DNA of 64,000 nucleotides from Lachnospiraceae bacterium UBA7182 (GTDB lineage Bacteria; Bacillota; Clostridia; Lachnospirales; Lachnospiraceae): NCBI GenBank assembly GCA_002491115.1, contig DKVI01000071.1, positions 4,618 to 68,617 of the forward strand, read 5' to 3'. Shown piece by piece: positions 1 to 7,174 of this stretch (position 1 is its first letter; each line of letters starts with the position of its first letter). The notes under the pieces were generated by a model. It saw only the letters and a program-made list of their open reading frames with translations, ran no database searches and was not told where the DNA came from. The position numbers and the translations under genes were made by a program.

Positions 1-714
1 CAGAATTACCGGACGATTCTGATGGGGTTGTATGCGTATCTGCCGGAGGACAAGATTTTAAGCGGAAATATTCTTGCCAAATGGCGTAAAAGTCTGGAGG
101 AACAGGGTTATTATGCGCGGACGATCAATACGCGGATTTCGGTGCTGAACAGTTTTTTGCAGTATTTGAATCACAGGGAATGGCAGCAGGATGATTTTTA
201 CCGTCAGCTTGCGGACGATCAGCCGGAGCTGACCCGTAAAGAGTATCTGCGTCTTTTGCAGGCGGCGAAGCTTTTGGAGAAGGAGCGTGTGTATCTGCTG
301 ATCAAGACCCTTGGCGGCGCGGGGGTGCGCATCCAGGAGCTTCATCAGTTGACGGTGGAAGCCGTGCGGGAGGGAAGCGTGCGTTTATCCTGCCATCATT
401 GTGAGCGGGTCCTAAAGCTTCCGGAGGCTTTGAGAAAAGAACTTCTGGATTATGCCGGGCGGGAAGGAATCTATAAAGGGCCGGTGTTCGTGACCCGGGA
501 CGGCATGCCTTTAGCGCGGTCCAGTGTATGGCGTTATGTGAACAGTGTCAGCCGGGACGCGCAGGTACCGGAAGAGAAGGCCAATCCCCGCTGTCTGTGG
601 AAGATGTATAAGAGTACCTGCGACAGTATTCGGGCAGACATCGACAGGCTGGCGGCACAGGCGTATGAGCGGATGATGGAAGAAGAGCAGCTTCTGGCAG
701 GATGGAAAATATGA
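1..714 (+). CDS. tyrosine recombinase/integrase-like protein, 5' end runs off the window
   Basis: The frame is open from base 1 (QNYRTIL precedes the listed Met at 22). It has a core-binding-domain-like segment (YYARTINTRISVLNSFLQYL) and a catalytic Arg box (GGAGVRIQELHQLTV). The canonical C-terminal HxxR and LGH...Y motifs are not recognisable (NPRCLWKMY), so this may be a degenerate member. Confidence 0.5.
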   Translation, partial: QNYRTILMGLYAYLPEDKILSGNILAKWRKSLEEQGYYARTINTRISVLNSFLQYLNHREWQQDDFYRQLADDQPELTRKEYLRLLQAAKLLEKERVYLLIKTLGGAGVRIQELHQLTVEAVREGSVRLSCHHCERVLKLPEALRKELLDYAGREGIYKGPVFVTRDGMPLARSSVWRYVNSVSRDAQVPEEKANPRCLWKMYKSTCDSIRADIDRLAAQAYERMMEEEQLLAGWKI

Positions 715-1295
715 TGTTTGAGCCGGATGAGATGCTTCGGGAAGTAGCGGCGGATCTGGGACATTTCTGCGGGTTGTACGCCGATACAGCATGCCGGATT
801 GCGATCCTTGTCTTTTTGTCCGCTCTGGTCATCGGATACGTATCTGTATGCAGACGGGGAAATGTCTTCGGGCAGATCAGGCATATGGCTGTAAAGGCTG
901 TTTTGCTGGCGCTTCTTTCGGCGTACGGAACTATGATCGTGGGGATCACGCTGCTTTCCAGAAGCGAGGGCGGCTCCGACGGGGTAAATCTGCGGCTGTT
1001 CGGAACCTTTCACAATGATTTTACAAGCTGTAAATATATATGTGAAAATATACTTCTTTTGTTTCCCTGCGCGGTGCTGCTCTATGGGATCTCACATATG
1101 TTCCGCAGGGTTTTGACGGCGCTTTTGACCGGGTTTTGTGTGTCGCTGGCGATAGAGACGGCTCAGCTTGTGACGCACCTGGGGCGGTTTGAGGTGGATG
1201 ATATTCTGACAAATGTAACAGGGTATATGGCAGGGTATTTACTGTGCCGTGCGTTTTCATGCATGGGGCGGCTGTGCGGACTGCATCAGACATAA
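702..1295 (+). CDS. VanZ-like family membrane protein
   Basis: Several hydrophobic helices. C-terminal block SLAIETAQLVTHLGRFEVDDILTNVTGYMAGY matches the VanZ-like E..Q....R.f...D...N..G signature. Overlaps the upstream gene by 13 nt. Confidence 0.6.
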   Translation: MENMMFEPDEMLREVAADLGHFCGLYADTACRIAILVFLSALVIGYVSVCRRGNVFGQIRHMAVKAVLLALLSAYGTMIVGITLLSRSEGGSDGVNLRLFGTFHNDFTSCKYICENILLLFPCAVLLYGISHMFRRVLTALLTGFCVSLAIETAQLVTHLGRFEVDDILTNVTGYMAGYLLCRAFSCMGRLCGLHQT

Positions 1296-1305
1296 ATTTT
1301 CAGGA

Positions 1306-1334
1306 TTGACGAACTACGCCTTTAAGAGTATAGT
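1306..1334 (+). promoter_or_regulatory. sigma-A-type promoter (TTGACG-17 nt-TATAGT) for the DUF3990 module
   Basis: TTGACG at 1306-1311, exact 17-nt spacer, TATAGT at 1329-1334. GGGGAG RBS upstream of the ATG at 1360. Confidence 0.5.
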
Positions 1335-1359
1335 ATAGACAAAGGGGAGACGGCATCGT

Positions 1360-2034
1360 ATGGTTAAAACGCTTTATCATGGTTCTCTCAACATAATTGA
1401 GAAACCTTTATTCGGATATGGAAAAACTTATAATGACTATGGTTTGGGATTTTACTGTACAGATAGTCTGGAAATGGCAAAGGAATGGGGAGTTGGAAAA
1501 GATCAAAATGGTTATGCTAACTGCTATGAACTGAATTGTGATGATCTTTGGATTCTTAATCTGAACGCACCGGAATATTGCATTTTGCATTGGTTGGCGA
1601 TACTGCTGAAAAACAGGGAGTTCGATGTTCCTTCCGGACTTGCGCTGGAAGCCAGGGAGTATCTGCTTACTACTTTTGCCGTTGATTACGAAACATGTGA
1701 TGCTATGATAGGTTATCGGGCTGATGACAGTTACTTCTCATTTGCGCAGGACTTTATTAACGGTACGATTTCTTACCGCCAGCTCAATAACGCTCTGCAC
1801 CTGGGCAGGCTGGGGCAGCAGTTTGTTTTAAAGAGCAGGAAAGCGTTTGATCGTATTCAGTTTATTGGCAGTGAGGTTGCAAAGAGCGGTGAGTGGTATG
1901 CAAAGAAGATGCTGCGGGACAAAACTGCCCGTCGGGAATATTTCAGTGTGGAACGAAACCGCCGCCAGCGGGGGGACTTATATATTACTCAAATTATGGA
2001 CGAGGAGATGAGACCGGATGATCCACGCTTATGA
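1360..2034 (+). CDS. DUF3990-like protein (first gene of a two-gene module)
   Basis: N-terminal TLYHGS ... YGLGFYCT and later GYRADDSYF blocks. Clear paralog at 11138..11833 (TLYHGS, FGKGFYMG, GYIANDRMF). Family name is from memory of PF13151. Confidence 0.65.
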   Translation: MVKTLYHGSLNIIEKPLFGYGKTYNDYGLGFYCTDSLEMAKEWGVGKDQNGYANCYELNCDDLWILNLNAPEYCILHWLAILLKNREFDVPSGLALEAREYLLTTFAVDYETCDAMIGYRADDSYFSFAQDFINGTISYRQLNNALHLGRLGQQFVLKSRKAFDRIQFIGSEVAKSGEWYAKKMLRDKTARREYFSVERNRRQRGDLYITQIMDEEMRPDDPRL

Positions 2035-2662
2035 TAAAGTTTATCTGGATAAAGCCCGCATTGTCCTTGGCCGTATGCTGGATTTTGCGGTGTATGATCT
2101 GAAATATAATATTGCTGAATTTTTCGAGTTGTTTATTAATTCCGGTATTGCAGCCAGGTTTGAGATCGGAGATTTTGCAGTGATTACCGGTATGTCCGGT
2201 GTGGAGCTTGCCTGTAAAGTCCTGGAAAAGTCCGGCGTGAGCCGGAAATGCATTAGGCCAAATTATACGGCAGATCGAAGTGAGGAGTTCTGGACTGGCT
2301 GGGCGCTGGCTTATTATCAATGGGAAACTTCCCTGAGCTTTGCTGAGATCGTAAAATATGTACCCATCGAGGAGATCATGGCGTTGTATTCACCATATCA
2401 TGAAATGGATATCCGGCATTTTGTGGACAGGATGAACGAGCTGTATCGGACTGCCAGACCGGAAACCAACTTAAAGTTTCTGAGGAAGAGAGCAGAATTG
2501 AGTCAGCGTGAACTTGCAGAGTTGTCTGGTATTCCGGTTCGGACAATTCAGCAATATGAGCAACGTCAAAAGAATATTAATAAAGCACAGGCAGAGTATC
2601 TTGTGATATTGTCAAAAATTTTGTGCTGTGAAGTTGAAGAATTAATTGAAAAAACGCAGTAG
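2018..2662 (+). CDS. DUF3791-like partner protein fused to a C-terminal XRE-type HTH
   Basis: Homologous to 10696..11145 (FFELFINSGIAARF vs FIESFMNSKTAAAL; FWTGWALAYYQWE vs MYWTGYTYRYWHY). Extra C-terminal HTH LSQRELAELSGIPVRTIQQYEQRQKNINKA. Overlaps the upstream gene by 17 nt. Confidence 0.6.
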   Translation: MIHAYDKVYLDKARIVLGRMLDFAVYDLKYNIAEFFELFINSGIAARFEIGDFAVITGMSGVELACKVLEKSGVSRKCIRPNYTADRSEEFWTGWALAYYQWETSLSFAEIVKYVPIEEIMALYSPYHEMDIRHFVDRMNELYRTARPETNLKFLRKRAELSQRELAELSGIPVRTIQQYEQRQKNINKAQAEYLVILSKILCCEVEELIEKTQ

Positions 2663-2663
2663 A

Positions 2664-2708
2664 AATACCATGGCGGCTGATGAAAAAGTTGTCATGGTAT
2701 TTTTTTTG
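2664..2708 (+). terminator. rho-independent terminator
   Basis: Stem AATACCATG (2664-2672) pairs with CATGGTATT (2693-2701), followed by a T7 run. Confidence 0.7.
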
Positions 2709-2721
2709 CAATAAACAGAAT

Positions 2722-2762
2722 ATAACAGTTGACAACAGTTGTATTCTATTATATACTGTTAT
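2722..2762 (+). promoter_or_regulatory. promoter TTGACA-17-TATACT bracketed by an 8-bp inverted repeat (candidate GntR operator)
   Basis: TTGACA 2729-2734, 17-nt spacer, TATACT 2752-2757. ATAACAGT (2722-2729) and ACTGTTAT (2755-2762) are perfect reverse complements. ACAGTT recurs at 2735. Confidence 0.5.
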
Positions 2763-2789
2763 CACAAGCCGTAAGAAATACAAACAGAA

Positions 2790-2944
2790 AAGGCCTGCAT
2801 GCTCCAGATCAATAAGTGAGTGCAGGAAGGCCGAAGCGGAACTATCAACAGCGAAGGCCTGTATGCGCCAGATCAAAGAGTGGACGCCGTCAGGCGGCCA
2901 GGAATTGATCTATAACCGGGCGCAGGAAGGCCGAAGCGGAACTA
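2790..2944 (+). repeat. two interleaved pairs of 23-nt direct repeats in the leader of the GntR-ABC operon
   Basis: R1 AAGGCCTGNATGCNCCAGATCAA at 2790-2812 and 2854-2876 (21/23 identical). R2 GCAGGAAGGCCGAAGCGGAACTA at 2822-2844 and 2922-2944 (23/23 identical). R2 spacing is 100 nt, so the copies fall in different reading frames and are non-coding. Confidence 0.85.
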
Positions 2945-2958
2945 CAATGGAGGAACAA

Positions 2959-3339
2959 ATGAATGTAATTGTGAATCATTCATCCATGCAGCCGATCTAT
3001 GAGCAGATCTGCGGGCAGATCAAGAATAAGATCATGCACGGGGAGCTGACGGAGGGAGCGGCGCTGCCGTCTGTGCGGACGTTGGCCAAAGACCTTCGGG
3101 TCAGTGCCCTGACCGTGAAAAAATCCTACGACGCTTTAGAGCAGGAAGGTTTTATCACGACCATTCACGGCAAAGGCAGCTTCGTGTCCAGCGCCAACCA
3201 GGCAGGGATGCTCGAAGAGATGCGCCGGGAGGTAGAGGCAGGGCTTGAGACGGCGATCAGGAAAGGCCGAAGCTGCGGGATGAACAACGAGGAAATTACG
3301 GAACTGTTTTACATTATATTGGAGGATTTAGGATGCTGA
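2959..3339 (+). CDS. GntR-family (YtrA-like) transcriptional regulator
   Basis: PIYEQICGQIKNKIMHGELTEGAALPSVRTLAKDLRVSALTVKKSYDALEQEGFITTIHGKGSFV is a typical GntR winged HTH. GGAGG at 2949-2953 precedes the ATG at 2959; an alternative ATG lies at 2947. The listed ORF start at 2680 is an upstream open-frame artefact. Confidence 0.8.
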   Translation: MNVIVNHSSMQPIYEQICGQIKNKIMHGELTEGAALPSVRTLAKDLRVSALTVKKSYDALEQEGFITTIHGKGSFVSSANQAGMLEEMRREVEAGLETAIRKGRSCGMNNEEITELFYIILEDLGC

Positions 3340-4184
3340 TCAAATTAGATAAAGTAGAAAAACATTATTCTGCATTTCATTTAAACTGTTCTCTGGAAGT
3401 ACCCGAGGGAAATGTGACGGCACTGATCGGGCCTAACGGGGCGGGAAAAAGTACCACATTTAAAATGATCCTGGGGCTGATCTTTCCTGACAACGGACGC
3501 GTCGAGCTGTTCGGGAAAGACAGCAAAGATCTGACCAGAGAAGACAGAGAAAAGTTAGGCGTTGTCTTGTCGGATTCCGGCTTTAGCAGTTATCTGGATG
3601 TCCAGGACGTCGCGTCCGTCTTGCACCATACTTACAGTACTTTTGACAGGAAGCATTTTCTGGATCGATGCGCAAAGTTCGGACTGCCTGAAAAGAAAAA
3701 GCTGAAGGAATTTTCCACGGGCATGAAGGCAAAACTGAAAATACTGGTCGCCATGTCCCACGACACGAAGCTTCTGATTCTGGACGAACCTGCCGCCGGG
3801 CTGGATGTGTTGGCGAGGGAAGAGATTCTGGATATGCTCCGGGAATACATGATTCCGGGGGACCGTTCGATCCTGATCAGTTCCCATATTTCCAGCGACC
3901 TGGAAGGGCTTTGTGATGATTTTTATTTGATCCATGAGGGAAAGATCCTGATGCACGAGGAGACAGATGTGCTACTGGGATCATACGGACTTTTGAAGGT
4001 GACAGAAGAGCAGTATAAGGCAATGGACCGGAGCTATTTGCTGAGGAGGAAGCGCGAATCTTTCGGCTACAGCCTTTTAACAGACCAAAAGCAGTTTTAT
4101 CAGGAAAACGAGCCGAATCTTTCCATGGAGAAAGGTTCCATCGACGAAGTAATCACAATGATGATCAGGGGGGAGACAGTATGA
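3333..4184 (+). CDS. ABC transporter ATP-binding protein
   Basis: Walker A GPNGAGKST, signature-like FSTGMKAKL, Walker B LLILDEPAAGLD. Overlaps the GntR gene by 7 nt. Confidence 0.85.
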   Translation: MLIKLDKVEKHYSAFHLNCSLEVPEGNVTALIGPNGAGKSTTFKMILGLIFPDNGRVELFGKDSKDLTREDREKLGVVLSDSGFSSYLDVQDVASVLHHTYSTFDRKHFLDRCAKFGLPEKKKLKEFSTGMKAKLKILVAMSHDTKLLILDEPAAGLDVLAREEILDMLREYMIPGDRSILISSHISSDLEGLCDDFYLIHEGKILMHEETDVLLGSYGLLKVTEEQYKAMDRSYLLRRKRESFGYSLLTDQKQFYQENEPNLSMEKGSIDEVITMMIRGETV

Positions 4185-4816
4185 CAGGGTTATTGATAAA
4201 GGATTTGAGACTGTTTAAACATCAGGGGCGTTATTATCTTGTGGTCATTGCATTGTGCTGTGTACTCCAGTTCTTCAGCACGAGAGATTTTTCTTCTTTT
4301 ATGACCAGTTACTTGTCATTTATGATTGTTATGTATACTTTTAGTTCTTTCAGTTATGATGAATATGATAACGGAATGTCATTTTTGATGACGCTGCCCT
4401 GTGGACGGCGGGCGTATGTGACTGAAAAATATATATTTACCGTTCTTCTGGTTACAGCCGGATGGATTGTGGGTGTAGTGCTTCGGGCAGCCGGGTACAT
4501 GTCACGCTTTTCCATGGAAGGATATCGGAAAATTCTGGTCGAAGATCCCATCTATCTGCTGCTTGTCCTGATTTATGCAGGATGTTCCATACCGGCGCTG
4601 ATTTGGTTCGGCGCGGAAAAAGGACGCACCGCCATGCTGCTGGGCGTGGGTATACTGGCGTTTCTGGTCTACGCGGTCATGAAATCAGGTATACGGATTC
4701 CGTTGGCAGATGCGGAGCCGGGATTGCTGCTTATGGTTCTTTTGATCCTTTGCATCCTGGTTCTGGGAATCTCTTACAGAGCTTCCGTATGTCTGATGGA
4801 AAAAAAGGAGTTTTGA
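4181..4816 (+). CDS. ABC-2-type transporter membrane protein
   Basis: ATGA overlap with the ATPase gene. About 6 hydrophobic helices. Standard third gene of YtrA-type GntR/ABC modules. Confidence 0.6.
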   Translation: MTGLLIKDLRLFKHQGRYYLVVIALCCVLQFFSTRDFSSFMTSYLSFMIVMYTFSSFSYDEYDNGMSFLMTLPCGRRAYVTEKYIFTVLLVTAGWIVGVVLRAAGYMSRFSMEGYRKILVEDPIYLLLVLIYAGCSIPALIWFGAEKGRTAMLLGVGILAFLVYAVMKSGIRIPLADAEPGLLLMVLLILCILVLGISYRASVCLMEKKEF

Positions 4817-4947
4817 CTTATTGAAAATTTTTAATTGATAAGAAAGAGCCGTCTACTTTTCCAGGAGCAGGACGGCTATTTCTTATTTTTACTGTGACAC
4901 AATAAAAAAGTGAAAAAACCTTGCATTTACAATGTTTTCTCACTCTA

Positions 4948-5020
4948 TGGAGCATATGGGATTCGAACCCACGGCCTCAACAATGCGAATGTTGCGCGCT
5001 CCCAACTGCGCTAATGCCCC
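4948..5020 (-). tRNA. tRNA-Ala (anticodon CGC)
   Basis: Hand-folded cloverleaf of GGGGCATTAGCGCAGTTGGGAGCGCGCAACATTCGCATTGTTGAGGCCGTGGGTTCGAATCCCATATGCTCCA. It has the G3:U70 Ala identity pair, anticodon loop TTCGCAT and T-loop GGTTCGAATCC. No encoded CCA. Confidence 0.85.
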
Positions 5021-5034
5021 GTTTATTTAAAAAG

Positions 5035-5108
5035 TGGAAGCAATGGGGCTCGAACCCATGACCTCTCGCGTGTGAGGCGAACGCTCATCCCAGCTGAGCT
5101 ATGCTTCC
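5035..5108 (-). tRNA. tRNA-Val (anticodon CAC)
   Basis: Hand-folded cloverleaf of GGAAGCATAGCTCAGCTGGGATGAGCGTTCGCCTCACACGCGAGAGGTCATGGGTTCGAGCCCCATTGCTTCCA. Anticodon loop CTCACAC; all four stems pair. No encoded CCA. Confidence 0.85.
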
Positions 5109-5117
5109 GTGTTTTTT

Positions 5118-5145
5118 ATTATAGCACTTCTGGAAGAAAATACAA
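5118..5145 (-). promoter_or_regulatory. promoter for the tRNA pair (TTGTAT-16-TGcTATAAT, extended -10)
   Basis: On the minus strand: TTGTAT (5145-5140), a 16-nt spacer ending in TGC, then TATAAT (5123-5118), about 10 nt upstream of the tRNA-Val 5' end. Confidence 0.5.
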
Positions 5146-5261
5146 GATAAAATTTAAGAAAAAGTAAAATCTTTTGGATACTGTATGACAAGCAGGGTAG
5201 AATGTGCTACAATAATCCTGCAACAGTGACAGACAAGGATCATGTTGGAGGCAAAAAAGAA

Positions 5262-6452
5262 ATGATAAGCTGGAAAAAAGCAGGACTGTTTTTTACATGC
5301 GTTTTGCTGCTTATGACAGGATGCGGTAAAGAGGCAGAAGATACAGACAGAATAGAAGTCAGAGAAATTGACAGTGAAGCAGGGACGGACACAGACGCGC
5401 AGGAGCGCAAAGAAGCATCGGATGAAGAAGCAGAAACGGCGTCTTCGACGGAGGCCTCCAGAGAGCTTACCGTTCAGGAACTCCGGGATTTTTCCGTCTG
5501 GATCGATGCAGGGGATAATCATGGCAATTATGGATTTCTCTTATCAGAATACGACCGCCCGCAGGATGTGGACCTGGACCAGGTATTTTATACGGGCGCG
5601 GGTCTGTCCGTGGAATCCATGAGTCCCGAGGAGGAACAGGCATATCTTAAAGCAACCGGCCAGGAAGAAATCTATACAGACACCACAAGACTGACCACAG
5701 AAGATATAAAAGGATTTCTGGAAAAGAAGCTTGGAACTTCTTATGAAGAGATGACCCGCCCCCTTTCCTGGACGTATCTGCCGGAATATGATATCTATAT
5801 CCATGAACATGGAGATACGAATTATATGAATTTTACCTGTGTAAGCGGCAGGCTGACAGAAGAAGGGCTTTATGAGCTGGAATGCGTGCCGGGAGATACA
5901 GAATATGTGCCGGAAGAATTTTGCAGTCGTTTGACACTGAAGAAAAACGGTTCCGACTGGCAGTTTGTTTCCAATGCGCATGTGGAAGGACTCAGCTATT
6001 CCATGGATATATGGAAGATTGATGACCAGTGCTTTGATACGGAACTGGAAGGCTGGGGAGAAGTGACCTTTACTTCCTATGCGCCTGCCGAAAGCGCATA
6101 TGGAAATCAGGACGTCTGCTTTAAGCTGATAAAAGATGACCAGACGGTGTATCAGTTTCCCCCTGTGGAAGAGGGGAACTACCGATACGGAAAACGGTTT
6201 CAGAAGATAGAAGCGGTCAGCTTTCAGGATTATAATAATGACGGCAACCGGGATGTGATCCTGATTATAAAATATGAACCTTTTGTAAGCGACGACGATG
6301 TAAATCCGACGGAAGTGCGTCTCTATCGGAACCGGCCGGAAACCAGGGATTTTCTGCTTGATACGGACAAGATGGATTTTCTGAATATCAATCGGTACAA
6401 TAACAGTATTCAGGAAGTGTTAGAACACATAGACGGCGGAAGGGAGGAGTAA
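5262..6452 (+). CDS. lipoprotein of unknown function
   Basis: Signal peptide with lipobox MISWKKAGLFFTCVLLLMTGC. Acidic linker. C-terminal NNDGNRDVILII (FG-GAP/VCBS-like Ca-binding motif). GGAG upstream of the ATG at 5262. Confidence 0.6.
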   Translation: MISWKKAGLFFTCVLLLMTGCGKEAEDTDRIEVREIDSEAGTDTDAQERKEASDEEAETASSTEASRELTVQELRDFSVWIDAGDNHGNYGFLLSEYDRPQDVDLDQVFYTGAGLSVESMSPEEEQAYLKATGQEEIYTDTTRLTTEDIKGFLEKKLGTSYEEMTRPLSWTYLPEYDIYIHEHGDTNYMNFTCVSGRLTEEGLYELECVPGDTEYVPEEFCSRLTLKKNGSDWQFVSNAHVEGLSYSMDIWKIDDQCFDTELEGWGEVTFTSYAPAESAYGNQDVCFKLIKDDQTVYQFPPVEEGNYRYGKRFQKIEAVSFQDYNNDGNRDVILIIKYEPFVSDDDVNPTEVRLYRNRPETRDFLLDTDKMDFLNINRYNNSIQEVLEHIDGGREE

Positions 6453-6456
6453 GCAT

Positions 6457-7140
6457 ATGATATCATTACTGGCAACGGCTGCCCAGATGAAAGAACTGGA
6501 CCGGGCCGCCATAGAGGAACGAAACATTCCTTCTCTTACACTGATGGAGCGGGCGGCGCAGGCAGTCGCGGACAGAGCGGCGCAGATGATACAGGTTTCC
6601 GGGCAGGAGCCGGGAGAAGTGGTCGTTTACTGCGGTCCGGGAAATAACGGCGGGGACGGGATCGCGGCCGCGAGAATCCTGATGGAACGGGGGTTCAAAG
6701 TCCGGGCGTTCCTTGTGGGAAAAAGAGAAAAGATGACGGCGGATTCCTGCGCCATGGAGAAGAAGCTGCTTGACGCAGGCGGGAAACTGGAAGATTTTAT
6801 GCCGGGAACCGCGCCGGATCAGGAGACGCTTTCCGGATGCAGTTGTATGATCGACGCTCTGTTCGGGGTAGGGCTTAAGCGTCCGGTGGCCGGAGACTTT
6901 TTATCGGCAGTCCGGCAGATCAACCAGGAAGACTGTCCGGTCGTCGCATGCGATCTTCCCTCCGGGGTGGATACGGATACCGGCGTCATATTAGGAGAGG
7001 CCGTCCGGGCCGACTGGACTGTGACATTTACCTGTTTGAAACGCGGACTGGTGCAGGGGGAAGGAAAAGAGTGTGCAGGAAAGGCGGAAGCAGTGTCCAT
7101 TGGGATTCCCGAAGAACTGATCTTTCAGATCATCTGTTAA
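6457..7140 (+). CDS. nnrE: NAD(P)H-hydrate epimerase (YjeF N-terminal domain protein)
   Basis: CGPGNNGGDGIAAAR motif and DALFGVGL block typical of the YjeF_N / NnrE family. Stand-alone: there is no C-terminal dehydratase domain. Confidence 0.75.
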   Translation: MISLLATAAQMKELDRAAIEERNIPSLTLMERAAQAVADRAAQMIQVSGQEPGEVVVYCGPGNNGGDGIAAARILMERGFKVRAFLVGKREKMTADSCAMEKKLLDAGGKLEDFMPGTAPDQETLSGCSCMIDALFGVGLKRPVAGDFLSAVRQINQEDCPVVACDLPSGVDTDTGVILGEAVRADWTVTFTCLKRGLVQGEGKECAGKAEAVSIGIPEELIFQIIC

Positions 7141-7174
7141 AGGCAAATATGGAGATAGAAAGAAGGCTTATTTA

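Noticed and set aside
2680-2946. N-terminal 89-codon extension of the GntR ORF
   Set aside because: The extension covers the promoter and the non-coding 23-nt repeats, whose copies fall in different frames. It has no RBS. GntR homology starts only at MNVIV/PIYEQ, with a GGAGG directly upstream.
1-5108. tRNA-associated integrated island bounded by the recombinase-like gene (1-714) and tRNA-Ala/Val (4948-5108)
   Set aside because: I could find no direct repeat of a tRNA 3' end. The recombinase is distal to the tRNAs rather than adjacent, and it lacks clear catalytic motifs. The left boundary would lie outside the window. The evidence is insufficient.
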